A stretch of 64,000 nt of DNA from Octopus vulgaris (GCA_951406725.2 OX597831.1:22010001-22074000), one strand, 5' to 3'; positions 27,225 through 41,829 are shown, counted from the first letter of the stretch. Numbers and translations are program-made. The notes: generated by a model not told the origin, from the sequence alone.

Positions 27225-27361
27225 TTTTTTTTCTCCTTTTCGCGATCCCTTTTGATTGGAATTCGACCCGTTTTTTTCTTCTTCTCTTCTTCCCCAAAAG
27301 AAAAGCTCTACTTTGTATTTTGTCATTTCTGGGTTCAGCACTGCGTGGCCAATAAAGAAAT
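27225..27361 (+). mobile_element. Tx1-like LINE 3' end, related subfamily
   Basis: aaagaaaagctctactttgta...gtggccaataaagaaa, flanked by (CTAT)/(CTAC)n. Confidence 0.7.
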
Positions 27362-27769
27362 CTACCTACCTACCTACCTACCTACCTACCTACTTACCTA
27401 TCTACCTACCAATATACGTACCTAGTTTCTTACCTAACAACCTTCTTACCTACTTACTTACCTACCGACCGACCTACTTACCTTTCTGCTTGCTTATCTA
27501 CCTGTCTGTCTGTTTGTCTATCAGCTATCTATCTGAATAAGGCAATGCAACAGAATGCTAAAGACATTTGCGTTTAGTTAAATGTTTACACAAAGTAAAA
27601 TAAACTACAAATACAATAAGATAAGCTTATGTGTCACAAATTCTAAAGTTTGAAGAAGTGTTCTTCCCACTTATGGAGAATTTGATGGAATTTGTCCATA
27701 GTGCACAAACACTACAATGCATTAAATCTCATATTTACCGAAGGTAAAGATACTGAATCCAAAACAATA

Positions 27770-28310
27770 GTTTCAAATTTTGACACAGGGCCAGCAATTT
27801 CGGGGGAAGGAGTAAGTCGATTATGTCAACCCCTTCTTTCATCAACCCCGAAAGGATAAAAGTCAAAGTCGACCTTGGCCGAATTTGAACCTGTTTCTTT
27901 ACTACCCACAAGAGGCTAAATACAGAGAGGACAAACAAGGACAGTCAAAAGGATTAAGTCGATTATATCGACCCCAGTGCGTAAATGGTACTTATTTAAT
28001 CGACCCCGAAAGGATGAAAGGCAAAGTCGACCTCGGCGGAATTTGAACTCAGAACGTGACGGCAGACCATTAAGTATTTTGCCCGGCGTGCCAACGATTC
28101 TGCCAGCTTATACTGAATGCGAAATATTGGCTTCAAATTTTGGCACAAGGCCAGAAATTTCGGGGAACGGAATTTGCCTGACCGTAGTGCATAACTGGTG
28201 CCTATTTCATCGAGACCGAAAGGATGAAAGGCAAAGTCGACCTTGGTGGAATTCGAACTCAGAACGTAAAAACGGATGAAATACCGCCAAGTGTTTTTCC
28301 CACCGTGCAA
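27770..28310 (-). mobile_element. Three tandem SINE family D units
   Basis: The core gaaaggat(g/a)aaag..aaagtcgacct occurs three times. Confidence 0.8.
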
Positions 28311-28412
28311 AACTGAATCCGAAATATTAAAACTCAATACTACCCACGAATTACAAACTCTCGCTGATGTATATCAATGAAGTACATTCACTAATGCATA
28401 TAAAGTATATTA

Positions 28413-28706
28413 TAGGCGCAGGAGTGGCTATGTGGTAAGTAGCTTGCTTACCAACCACATGGTTCCACGTTCAGACCCACTGCATAGCACCTTGGGCAAG
28501 TGTCTTCTACTATAGCCTCAGGCCGACCAAAGCCTTGTGAATGGATTTGGTAGACGGAAACTGAAAGTCTGTCGTATATATGTAAATATATATATAGATA
28601 TATATGTGTGTGTGTGTACGTTTGTGGTCTGTGATTGTTCTCACAACATCGCTTGACAGTCGGTGCTGGTGTGTTTACCTCTCCGTAACTTAGCGGTTCG
28701 GTAAAA
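28413..28706 (+). mobile_element. SINE family A, 3'-truncated
   Basis: taggcgcaggagtggctatgtggtaagtagc head. Confidence 0.85.
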
Positions 28707-29127
28707 GTACATATTCTTTCCTGTCTAACACAAACTGGAAATTAATTCCTTTTGTATTTCTGAGCATTGTGTATTTAGATGATGCTGTAACTGCTGGGTT
28801 TGTATATTTGTTTGTAAGTGATGTTTTTGCGTGTATGTTGTTGTTGTTGTTGTTGTAGTACCTGTGCGTTTTCTTTTTGCTGCTGATGGTGGAAATGGCG
28901 AGGATGATGGTTTTTAAGTTGATGCTGTGCTGTTGTTAGATTGGGAGTGTTTGGGATGGCTTTGTTGCTTGTGTTGGAATCATATACATGGTTTCCTTTT
29001 TTTCTTTCATTTCTTTTTCTTTACTTTCCTAGACTTCTCCTATTAACCGTATGGTAAGGTTCCCAAGTCAGGAGGTTCCGACTCGGACGAGGGATGCGAT
29101 ATAGTTTTCTGTATGTGTGTGTGTGTG

Positions 29128-29380
29128 TGGAGGCGCGTGGATTAGTGGTTAGGGTGTCAGCATCATGATCTTAAGATTGTGGTTTCGATTCCTGGACCTG
29201 GCGACGCGTTGTGTTCTTGAGCAAAACACTTCATTTCACGTCGCTCCAGTCCACTCAGCTGGCCAAAAATGGGTAACGCTGCGATGGACTGGCATCCCGT
29301 CAAGCTGGGGAGCACATACGCCATAGAAACCGGCAAACCGGGCCCATGGGCCTGGCTAGGCTTTAAAACGGCGCATTTAT
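29128..29380 (+). mobile_element. tRNA-derived SINE with B/C-type head and a distinct tail
   Basis: ggaggcgcgtggattagtggttaggg head; gcgatggactggcatcccgtc central motif. Confidence 0.75.
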
Positions 29381-29389
29381 TTACTTTAT

Positions 29390-29467
<78 letters not shown>

Positions 29468-30032
29468 ATGTGTGCGTGTGTTTTGTGCGTGTAGGAGGAA
29501 ACATCGGAGGGAGAACGAGAGTGTGTGTTGAATTGGGGGTTTCGTAAGGGGGCAGTATTTGTCGTGGGCTACCGCCTTTTACTCCTTAAACTTGTCGATC
29601 GCAGATTACAATATCAGATTCAAGAAAAGCCAAACAAAGAAATCTTAATCTAAATCAAGATACGAAAATAAATTAAAATAGAAAAGTAATTAAAATAAAG
29701 TGCAGTGAGGAAATAGAATTTATGTAGAATAAAGACTTCTTGTTTCGAATGTTATAAATACAATATTCAATTAATTCCAAATTGCCAAACAATGAGTTAA
29801 ATTATCTATGATTATTAAAAATATCAACAGACGATAAAACAATAAAATGTTGGATCTCCGTCGCTCGATTATGAGGAGTCAGTTGTTCGGTCTTCGGAAT
29901 TACCTGCCCCTGAATCTATATGTAATTGACTGGAATTTCAACACAGACTTGTCCTTTTAAAATAATTCTTGAATAGAATCAGTGTGACGTAGTGTGTCAT
30001 GAGGGCGTACCTTTTTGATTATGAGTACAATC

Positions 30033-30210
30033 AGGTGGTGAGCTAATAGAATACTTAACATGCCAGACAAAATGCTTAGAGGCATTACTTTCGGCTTTAA
30101 GTTCTGGTTTCAAATTCCGCCATAGTCGACTTTGACTTCCATCTATCTAATTTCTATAAACAACGTACCAGTAGAGCATTGGGTTAAATACAATCAACTT
30201 GTCATCTTTC
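30033..30210 (+). mobile_element. Old SINE family D copy
   Basis: aggtggtgagctaatagaat...ttcaaattccgccatagtcgactttg. Confidence 0.65.
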
Positions 30211-31594
30211 TCAAATGAGTGAAAATAGAAAAATTGATGGGTACAATCCATCCGGCGTGCTTCTATAGGATTTCCGCCAGCCTAATTTCGCTTACAATCC
30301 ATGAGTCCGTGTGAGGTAAAAGAAAATTACATTTTCTCAATATATCATGCTGTGGGATGGAACTTACAATTTCGTGGCAGTGAACACAATTTCTTTCGTT
30401 AACATTCGGTCTTACGACATCTACAAAACAGTTAAAATACAATGGAATAGCAAAAAAAAATCGAATTAAAAGATTATGAGATACTTGTTTAAATTTGAAT
30501 TTTGAATTTTTTAACTAAATGTGTGAATATATCCAAGGTTAAGTTTCAAAATTTTAATTATAAATATGACTCAAGCAAAACAAAATATGTAAATATTTTC
30601 AATTTTATAAATTTCTTATTTGGATTTAAATTCTAAAAATACATATTATTAAATGTGAAAAAACTGTTTTAAAATATTTGAGATTTTTTATGTAAATAAA
30701 ATCAAAGATTGAAAACGGATAAAAATAAATTTAAACACACACACACAAACCAAAGCTTTTGTGGAAGGGATCAAAAGCAAAGTTTAAGAGCAAAGTCACA
30801 AACAAATGGTAAAAATAGAAGTAAAAGACTGTTGATTTGTAAGTAAATACAGGAAGCAATAAAATTCAGAAAACAACTGCTCCAAAATAAAATTTTTTTT
30901 AAATGTTACTTGAAATTTGATGTAATTGGGCAGACAAAAACATATTTTTAAAAAACAGTCGGAAACAGAAGCAAAATGAATATTTCAGACGATATTTAAA
31001 AAAATATACTTAAAATAAATTTTCAAAAAGAAAGCACTTGAAAGTAAATTTAAAAGTGAAAATTCAAAGTAACTATGACAACAATAATTTTCTCTGTTAA
31101 AAATAAATGTAAATTTAATATAAAACAACGAAAAGAACGTTTGAAACAGTGAAAACTGGATTTGAAAAGAAAACAGTTGAGATCGGATATATAAAAAACG
31201 TCAAAAACATTTTAAAAACTATTAAAAACCTATGTAAAATACCATCAAGAACAGATTTCTAAAAACAAACAGTGAAACATCTAACTTTTAAACAAATTCA
31301 AGAACATCAAAAGTGAACTATAAAATTAATAATTGGAAAGTGAAATGTAAAGTTAATCTTAAAAAGAATAAGTGGGAAAAAATTAAAATTAGGAAATAAA
31401 TTGTTTTGAAAACAGTGGTAAATGATGGTGAAATGGACTTTTAAAGTAATACAGATCAGCCTAAATCAAATTTTACGTAGGTATGATTGAAAGTAAGTTC
31501 AAATAACGACACGCCGGTCGCACCACTCTTATTAGGCATACTGACAAGAGTAAATAACAGTCTTGTCTAATTTCAAATATGTAAAGAACAATGT

Positions 31595-31977
31595 GGAAGC
31601 ACTCCGTCGGTTACGACGATGAGGGTTCCGGTTGATCCGATCAACGGAACAGCCTGCTCGTGAAATTAACGTGTAAGTGGCTGAGCACTCCACAGACACG
31701 TGTACCCTTAACGTAGTTCTCGGGGATATTCAGCGTGAAACAGAGAGTGACAAGGCCGGCCCTTTGAAATACAGGTACAACAGAAACAGGAAGAAAGAGT
31801 GAGAGAAAGTTGTGGCGAATGAGTACAGCAGGGATCACCACCACCCCCTGCCGGAGCCTCGTGGAGCTTTAGGTGTTCTCGCTCAATAAACACTCACAAC
31901 GCCCGGTCTGGGAATCGAAACCGCGATCCTACGACCGCGAGTCCGCTGCCCTAACCACTGGGCCATTGCGCCTCCAC
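31595..31977 (-). mobile_element. SINE family B, full length
   Basis: tRNA-derived head with A/B boxes through to the tail gtaaccgacggagtgcttcc. Confidence 0.9.
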
Positions 31978-33438
31978 TATAAATAACAATATTGAGCATC
32001 CAATAGAACACAAATTACTGGAATGGAGCAGATCCTGTAAAACTGTTACAAGATGGCATCAGTTATATACATCAGAAATGATACTTAACTAAGCAGTATC
32101 TAAATCTCAAAACAATATTTAAAAGCAAGATAGGAATGTTTTGAGACGTATTAGTCTTTCCATACGATTTTGCTAAAATTTTAGGAGCCCGTTTTACAAC
32201 CTGACTAATTCCATACAGATTGTACGGATTTTATTAAAAACATTTTCACTGGTATGTAATCAGTATTCCATACTCTTTAATGCAACCCTGCTCTTTACGA
32301 GCTCTTACAGTTTTCTTACACTTTTTCTATTTGCGAATTACCCCGATATAACAATCTTATACACTCTGAAATTCACCTTCTCTTCTTTTGCTTACCAAGT
32401 CTATATAAATAGTAGTGTTCGTAAAGAAAATTAGATGTTTTCTTTTCAGTGTTTTGTTACGGCTCCGGACGTCATTCTGGAAACATTTGCTTCAACTGAG
32501 GAAGGTTTTCCTAATGGATGTATTTCCTATTATATATTATTGTAAATCTGAAACATACATATTAAATTATTTCAAAATATCGCTATAGATATTCCAGAGA
32601 ATGATAACTTGAAAGAGGCTATGTCTGGTTTGAAATAAAGCACTCAAAGATAAGTATGAAAGTGAATATATGTATTTAATCCATAATCGTTAGTTCGACA
32701 AATATCCTCTTTCGCCTATGTCTTATCTGAAACTCAGATGTTGCCGATAAAACATTGGATATATAATATTGTTCTTCTTTAGATATTTGAAAGTAGACAG
32801 GACTACTGTCTACTCTTTTCAGTATGCATAATAAGCTTAGTGCAACTGGAGTATCGTTACTTCAACTTACTTTCTATCATACCTATGTAAAGTTTTATTT
32901 CGGCTTATCTCTATTACTATAAAGGCTCGTTTCACCATCGGTGTTCCCGATGAGCCGATGTCGAAACAATATATTTTATCGGACTGACGAATATGGTTTG
33001 CGCGTGTGTGTTATTGTTTACGGCTATTCATATATTCATACTAAATAATAAATAGTGTTGCACTGATGTTACGAACCAACCATTTATCATCACCAAACAT
33101 GTTTGCATTATCGTTTTTACCTTATTTCTTAACGATAAATTCCGATAGTAAAACATTGGAATCAAGTTGCATCTGACACGCAGTGACAAGTAAAAACATA
33201 TTTATAACAATTTCTTCTTTTGCCAAAAGTTTCTGTCTTCTGTTTATTTATTTATTTATTTACTTATTTACTTATCTATTCGATGTTATTGCTTGAATAT
33301 TTATTGGTATAATCAGTTTACAGTTTATGTTATTGAATTTTGTTTGTTTTTCTAACGCATCACTGATTGTAGTGCAAACTTCCGTTATCGGTACTTCGTC
33401 GTCATTATCGGCAGCAACACAATACAGCAGTGGAATAC

Positions 33439-33491
<53 letters not shown>

Positions 33492-33577
33492 CAGCAGCAG
33501 CAGCAGCAGAAGAACAAGAAGAAGAGTAGGAGGAAGGAAAGATAAATAGAAATAATAAGAGTAGTAATAGATAAAGA

Positions 33578-33644
<67 letters not shown>

Positions 33645-33647
<3 letters not shown>

Positions 33648-34191
33648 TTGCCCTGGCAGTGACTCTCGTGGCTTCTGATCTTAACTGATTGGAAGTGTTA
33701 TCATGTACATTGTTTCGTCTTGGTATAAAAAATGGGCTACAGCAAATATTCTGCTCAATACCACAGATTTGCTCGTCAGTTGTTTGACCTTAACTAGTTG
33801 ATCATGTCCCTTAGTGGCTGACGATATGTGCATCTCTGATCACGAGCAGAAGTAGTGGGGGAGCATCATAGCCGTGTGTTGAAAGGAAGTCTTTGGGGTT
33901 TGGATAATTCACATCTGGAAACAAGTGTGGCTCGTTGAACATCCTTAAACAATCCTTACTCAGGGACCATTTGAGCAGGATGGGCTGCTCGACCTGAAGA
34001 AAATTCTAACTGGGCCCCACCTGCAAGGTCATGTGCTGTTTATCTTGATATGAGATCACCATGTCGCGCACATTTGGTTGTGATGCATGTGCCTAGTGTA
34101 CCCTTATCAGACGGGTAGTCATGATGGTTATACTGGGCTTTGTATATTTTACACGTGTGTCACTTTGATGGCATGCTCTGCTCTCTCACTC
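33645..34191 (+). mobile_element. ~550-bp non-coding retroposon (family E) between (AAT)n arrays
   Basis: Homologous to 34940-35447 (-), 34530-34690 (-) and 56647-56760 (-); 3' end ctctctcactc(AAT)n. Confidence 0.8.
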
Positions 34192-34236
<45 letters not shown>

Positions 34237-34847
34237 TAATAATAATAATAATAATGATAATAATAATAATAATAGTTATTGTTATTATAATGATAGTCGC
34301 AGTAGTTCGGCATGTCACTGGATTCCTCAAGTGGACAGAGAAGTTAAATGTGATGGAAAGTTCCCAGAACTGTAAAGAAATCCTTCATTTTGCAGCTAGT
34401 TACGGTAAACATCTCCGGAGTGGTCGTTCAACAAATTGGCATAAATTTCGTATAGAAGACAACCAAAATCCGACGACTTGCCCCTGATACTACCGTTTAC
34501 AGTTATTGTTATCAGTTTTTTGCATCACATTGCCACTAAGGGAACTCTTCAACTGGTTAAGATCAAGCTACTGACAAGCAAATCTGTGATATTGCGCAGA
34601 ATAATTATTGTAACCCTTCCTTTATACCAAGACAAAACATTTACATAGCACTTCTTATCAGTTGAAACCAAAAGCCATGAGAGCCATGGATCTTTGCATT
34701 TCTATTTTCGACGATGCCTTCAGGATTGTGGTCGTACCAATTTTTTTGCTCAGTCAAGTCCTTACTTGTTGCAAATTGTCCAATTGACAAGCCTCGCTAT
34801 ATTGTCGTGGCGTCTCTCATATTCCTTCTGGGTTGTTGTTATTGTTA

Positions 34848-34911
<64 letters not shown>

Positions 34912-34939
34912 CATTATTATTATTATTACCATTATTATT

Positions 34940-35447
34940 GAGTGAGAGAGCAGTGCATACCATCAAAGTGACACTGGAGTAGAAATGTACGAAACCCAAT
35001 ATACCCAACCCGACTACCCGTCTGATAAAGGTACACCAGGCACATGCATCACAACCATATGTGCACTATCTCATAACAAGATAAACTGCGCAGGACGTGG
35101 CAGTTAGAATTTTCTTCAGATCGAGTAGCCCATTCCACTCAAAAGGTCCCTGAATGAGAGTTGCTTAAGGATGTTGAATGAAGCACCCATGCTTCCACGG
35201 GTGAATTATTCAAACCTCAAAGAATTCCTCCAAATACTTGGCTATGATGCTCCCCCATTACTTCTGCTCGTGATCAGAGATGCACATATCGTCAGCCACT
35301 AAGGGACATGATCAACCGGTTAAGGTCAAACAACTGACAAGCGCGAATCTATTGAGAAGAATAGTTGCTTATACCAAGACGAAACATCATGATATTTCCG
35401 ATCAGTTAAGATCAGAAGCCATGAGAGCCAGTACCTGGCACTGCGTC
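34940..35447 (-). mobile_element. Family E copy
   Basis: Reverse complement of 33645-34191; 3' end abuts (ATT)n. Confidence 0.8.
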
Positions 35448-35522
35448 ACCATCATCATCATCATCGTCGTCATCATCATCATCATCATCACCACCACCAC
35501 CACCACCACCACCACCACCACC

Positions 35523-35598
<76 letters not shown>

Positions 35599-36006
35599 TT
35601 TGCTTGGCACTTGTTTTAATGTATTCGATGAAATTTCACTTGAAGCGGTTTCTGTATAACAAAAAAAACAACAAACATACTTCCAATAATTTATGACTTG
35701 TTATTAGACAGTAAAATACAAATAGAAATGTTTAAAGTAACTGACCTTGTTATCTAAGTCTCAATATTTTTCAAGTGTAACTTGAAAAATATTAAAAATC
35801 CTCGTAGCAAAATTTTAGCTCTTCTGAACGATGTTGATAACGAGTACTACAACAACAACGACGACGACGACGACAACAACAACAACTACTACTACTACTA
35901 CGTACTATTACTACTACTACTGTTGCAGCTGCTGCTACTTCTATAACTACTACCACCATCAACACCACTACCACCATCAACACAAGCAACTACTACCACC
36001 ATCAAC

Positions 36007-36041
<35 letters not shown>

Positions 36042-36199
36042 CACCACCACTAAAAATCGTAATTCTATCTAATTTAGGTATCGGTTCGATAATGTTAGGG
36101 AGACAGAGCGGAGCTAGTCGATTACATTGTCCCCCCCCCCCTTAAATGACTACCCCTTTATTTTATCGATGAAAGGCAGAATTAACTTCAGTGGGATAT

Positions 36200-37145
36200 T
36201 GGTGTGTTTACGTCCGTGTAACCTAGCGGTTCGGCAAAAGCCTGATATAATAAGTACCAGACTTCAAGAATAAGAATAAGGGATGATTAAGTCGACGAAA
36301 ATTTCTTCAAGGCGGTGCCCCAGCATGGCTGCAGTCTAATGCCTGGCTGAGTAGTAAGTAGCTTGCTTACCAACCACATGGTTCCGGGTTCATTCCCAAT
36401 GCGTGGCACCTTGGGCAAGTGTCTTCTACTATAGCCTCGGGCTGACCAACGCCTTGTAGTGGCTTTGGTAGACGGAAACTGAAAGAAGCCCGTCGTATAT
36501 ATATATATATAAATGCATATGTGTCTGTGTGAGTGTTTGTCCCAACACCATCGTTTGACAACCGATGTGTGTTTGTTTACGTCTCCGTAACTTAGCGGTT
36601 CGGCAAAACACACCGATAGAATAAGTACTAGGCACACAACGAATAAGTCCTCGGGTCGATTTTTCGACTGAAGGCGGTGCTCCAGCATAGCTGCAGTCAA
36701 ATAACTGTAACAAATAAATGAATAAGAGAATATATATACATAGGCGCAGGAGTGGCTGTGTGGTAAGTAGCTTGCTAACCAACCACATGGTTCCGGGTTC
36801 AGTCCCACTGCGTGGCATCTTGGGCAAGTGTCTTCTGCTATAGCTCCGGGCCGACCAATGCCTTGTGAGTGGATTTGGTAGACAGAAACTGAAAGAAGCC
36901 TGTCGTATATATGTATATATATGTGTGTGTATGTATTTGTGTGTCTGTGTTTGTCTCCCTAGCATTGCTTGACAACCGATGTTGGTGTGTTTACGTCCCC
37001 GTCACTTAGCGGTTCGGCAAAAGAGACCGATAGAATAAGTACTGGGCTTACAAAGAATAAGTCCCGGGGTCGATTTGCTCGACTAAAGGCGGTGCTCCAG
37101 CATGGCCGCAGTCAAATGACTGAAGCAAGTAAAAAAGAGAGAAAG
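36200..37145 (+). mobile_element. Head-to-tail cluster of three SINE family A copies
   Basis: 3' half at 36200-36336; copies at 36340-36715 and 36741-37145. Confidence 0.85.
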
Positions 37146-37666
37146 AGAATATATATATATATTGCGAGCATATATATATACACGAGGGCTGAAAAGTTCC
37201 TAAAACATTGCTTCAATGATCCAGCGTTAAGTGCTACAACATGCATTTACTGATCTTGAGAAAATCTCAACTCGCTTCTCTCTTCAGACTCTCGCCTTCG
37301 GTTTTCTACTATTCTCGTTGCTTTATACTTGTTTCTGGAGAGATTACGTCTTTTCTTTAGTGGCATATTTTTTTTCAACATTGTAAACAAAAAATCACGA
37401 ACAAAGAAAGAAATTATACATTAGTCCCTATTTTTGTAAGCATCTGTATGTATGTAGCATGTTTTTTTTTTTATTTTTGCATGCAGTATAAATTAACCAA
37501 ATAGAATGACACACCATTCTGCTGTGGTGGTCCATTTTGTGTTTCTCCCGCTCATTCCATAAAAATTTATTTGAAGAGAGCAGAAATTGAAAGAAGAGAA
37601 AGCAAAAAGGACAGAGAAAGAAAGTAAAAAATGCATGCACGTCTATATGAAATGGACGTGTGTGTA

Positions 37667-37697
<31 letters not shown>

Positions 37698-38849
37698 GTG
37701 AGTGTGTGAGTACGTGCGTGCATGCGCGTGTGTGAGAGAGAAAGTGAAAAAGAGAGGAAGAGTAAACGTGTGTGACGTGATGATGGATGTCTTTTTTGGG
37801 AACACACATTTTTTAGGAACACACACATATAGTAAATGTGATGTCATCATATAAAATCATCTTTACGATAGTTGATTTATGGAAAAGATTATAATGTCGA
37901 ATTTTTGAAATGCAAATATGTGAATGGAAATTAAGCTTTATTTGTAGTCGAAATAGTAATCAATCTTTTGATACCCCATACATAAAAATATGTAACTCGG
38001 TTTTGGAATGCATAAGGAATATATACATATAGGACAGACTTCCTTCAAACTGAATGTATTATCTCACATTACAACAGAGACGTAATACTGAAATAGTGTA
38101 AGAGATAGCATTAGGCAAGAAGTTGGAAATTTTTTTGGCCCATGACACTGCATGGGCCTTGGCTTTTGTATTTGACGCCTGTTGCTTTAAGAATTTTATT
38201 TCGATTTTATGTTTATATGTATGTATACATGTATGTATGAGCCAATGAGACAGACCGCTACATGGTAGCTAGACCTGGTAGAAATAGCAGCCAAATCTCC
38301 CTCAAAACACACCACTGTCTTAATTCGACAATTCTGTCTATTATGTGGTTTGAATGAGAAACTATAACTAAAGATTAAGATTATTAACCCCAACATTTTA
38401 CGTGTTTTAATAGCAATCAAATTTTTCTCTTTTTAACTTAATTAAAATGGTTGCCTTTTCATCGTAGTTTTTCATGTCAGCTGTAAAGGTGAAGAGGGTT
38501 AACTTGGACGTGTTAAGTAGTAGAGATGCTTGGTGATTGTATGTGGTACTTACTTTTGACTGTTTCTTCTCAATAAGGATAATTGATTGATAACGAATCT
38601 TAACACAATATATATACAGCTTCAAAAGGAATCGGGCATCATAAGAGAGACAGAGAGAGGAAAAAAGACAGCATAGCGATGGTTTTGCCTGACTGTCATC
38701 CTGTACTCCCTTTGTTGCCAAGCAAAAATGATATGTGCCGGCTGTCTGAGTAAGTCGTGTCTTTTAATGGTGGATGAAACAGGACAAAAGGATTACAAAA
38801 TCAGCGAATCTCACTTTGAAACTGACAATTTTGAAAATCTATTTAAATT

Positions 38850-38965
38850 AGGGAACGCTCCGCTCTCTCATGTATCGACGATTAAAATTTCAGCGCGATC
38901 GGATGAACAATACTCGAATCATAAGCGCACAAATAGACAGACAGAACGGATTTTATATATTAGAT
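38850..38965 (-). mobile_element. Helitron-like 5' terminal fragment
   Basis: aaatttcagcgcgatcgg...agacagacag...ttttatatattagata resembles the 5' end of 22763-23135. Confidence 0.5.
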
Positions 38966-38989
38966 ATATGTATGTATATGTATAAATTT

Positions 38990-39195
38990 GAGTGTCTGTG
39001 TTTGTCCCCCCACCTTCGCTTGACAACCGATGTTAGCGAGTTTACGTCCACGTTACTTAGCGGTTCAGCAAAAGGGGCCGATAGAATAAATACTAGGCTT
39101 ACAAAGAATAAGTCCAGAGGTCACTTTTTTCGACTACAGGCAGTGCTACAACATGGCCGCATTCAAATGCCTTAAACGAGTAAAAGAATAAAAGA
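38990..39195 (+). mobile_element. SINE family A 3' half
   Basis: cgcttgacaaccgatg...ggcttacaaagaataagtcc. Confidence 0.8.
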
Positions 39196-39206
39196 ATAGT
39201 AAAGAA

Positions 39207-39244
<38 letters not shown>

Positions 39245-39258
39245 GTTATTATTATTAT

Positions 39259-39293
<35 letters not shown>

Positions 39294-39295
39294 TT

Positions 39296-39327
<32 letters not shown>

Positions 39328-40104
39328 AATTTCTGCTTGATAAGTGACGAAGGATAAGCACGTTCCGTCATTTGTATATTTTTTCCTTATTACTGTATGC
39401 TCTTTCGTCGTGCACCTATGCCACATTTTATCATTATATACTTGCGTGTGTGTGTGTGTGTGTGTGTCTTTTCGCGCGTGCGTGTGTGTGTGCATGTATG
39501 TACACACACAGACAATGACAATTGCAATGGGGATCAAAAATATACACATACACACCAAAAGACTTCGACATCTTGCCAGAAAACTTACTGGGATTTGCAG
39601 GCGATTCACCAGACTGTTAATTAAAGCGTGATCGAGATTAGTGAAATCTTCCAATATCGACTTAAAGTACAAAAAAAAAAAGTAATTTAATTTAAAAAAT
39701 GCAACAAAAAAGAAAAAGAATGATGCTAGATTTAGGTGTTAATATATCTATTCAATTTAATATATCTATTCAAACTCGTTCAAATACTGGGAGATGTAAA
39801 CCAGAAATATCTGATACCATAGAAAATGCAGATGTGTTGAGTATAATCAGGAAAGGCTTTTTCTATAGAGGAATAGTAATGTTCCAGATTAATGACAGAA
39901 ATGAGATTACAAATATAAAATGAAGCATGTGATATTAAAGATTGAGTCGAGGAGTGTTGCAGTGTGATAAGCTGAAGTGTTACAATGTGATAAACTGAAG
40001 TTATTAAATAAGGGAAACCGAAAACAGAGAAAACAGCCGACTGCTTTGGGAAGCTATCATGCCAAAACGAATGTAAGTGGATTTCGTATATATCTTTAAT
40101 CTGT

Positions 40105-40290
40105 TATCTCTTACCAGTTTCAGTCATTAGACTGCGGCCATGCTGGGGCACCGCTTTGAAGAATTTTTACTTGAATGGTTCGACACCAATATTTTTTTTT
40201 TTTTTTTCATGCCTGGTAATTTTTATATTGGTCTCTTTTGCCGAAATACTACATTACGGGGACGCAAATACATCGACACCGGACGTCAAG
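40105..40290 (-). mobile_element. SINE family A 3' half, diverged
   Basis: tttcagtcattagactgcggccatgctggggcaccgc. Confidence 0.7.
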
Positions 40291-40941
40291 AAGTGGTGGC
40301 TGACATACACAAAGGCACACGCACACACACACCCATTCACATACTTAGAGAAAAAGACCTGCCCAAGGCGCTAAAGATATGAAGATTTAAGGATAATGTA
40401 ATAACAATATTTGAAAAGAGATATTTTAATTGAAACGTTAATAAATATATTTTTAAAAAGACCTTCAAATATTTTACACATAAGTGATGGAAGTGAAGTT
40501 TTGTTATATATATATGCACATTCGTTGTCTTCAGTGTTCCAAACACAAATGTTGTTTGAATATATTCATGCTTGTATATGCATTCGTAAATATTTTATCT
40601 CTCCAAATACTGTATCAGGCGCTCTGTGACCACTTCAAGATTTCATTTCTCCAAGCTCTGCACTATATATGGTGGTCGTCTCCATTTCATGCAAAGTGGA
40701 AAATGAACACCATTCTTCCATGGGATCGACTTGAAATATTATTAAGAAATTAAGATATTTTCTTAACATGAAACCATTGGTAGCCTTAATGCACAAATAA
40801 AGAAATTTTATCCACCAATGCGGTGTTGAGCGCTAATTCTTATTGCTTCACGTTTACGCATATGTGTGTGTGTGTGTGAGTATGTATATGTATGTATATA
40901 TGTAAGTATATATATATTTACACATATATATATGCATATTT

Positions 40942-40989
<48 letters not shown>

Positions 40990-41829
40990 TATATACATAT
41001 ATATACACACACAAACACACACACATACATATATATACATATATATATATATATTTATGTATATATGTATGTATGTATGTATGTATGCAAGATTCTTTTG
41101 CAAGATTCTTTATGCGAACTCGTGTACTGAAGCAACTTACGTTGTCTCTGGAGAAAGTCATATTGTCTTACTATTTTATTATCTAACACACGCACTGATT
41201 CGATTTCCACTCATCTATTATTGAAATTTTTTTCTTCCAAAATTTTCATTGCTTTTGCAACCTTGTCAGTGTATGTTGACTCCGCCCGATACTGGAGCTC
41301 CTAACGGACAGAGTCAATATCCATCGACAAGATTGGCAAAGGAAAGAAAAATTTGGAAGAAAAAATATGAGTGATAAATTAGTGAAAATCGAACCGGTGT
41401 ATGTGTTAGATAATAAAGCATTAAGACAATATGAAGTTATCTGTTTCGCTCTTGATTGCTGCATTGAAGGGTTTAAAAAAATGGTGTTTGAAGTATTTGT
41501 AATGTTTGGCGGAGATTAGATTTAATCAGTTGGTCTCTAGTTGGTCATTGTAAAAGATAATTAGAAGGCAGATGAAACTCATTAGAATTTCTTTTAAACG
41601 TATGCAAAGATGACATTTTAAGACACTCTTACTTGCATTCAGTAACGATACTCAACGTATTGAGTTCAACATCAAATGATATTTGTATCATGTAAAATAT
41701 ATTTTTATATAGTTTACATCACTTACGTTACGATTATATAAGTAAGCATATAAATACTTATGTATATATGTATGAAAAGTTAATTTAATACATGCATGTA
41801 CATATTGCATATTTGTTGTAACGTAATGC

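Noticed and set aside
31900-31977. tRNA gene
   Set aside because: It is a tRNA-derived SINE head continuous with a multicopy SINE body, with no proper acceptor stem.
33650-33865. Short U1 snRNA-like words in family E (cctggcag, tgatcacga, gtagtggggga)
   Set aside because: Only 8-11-nt matches with wrong spacing and no Sm site; insufficient for homology.
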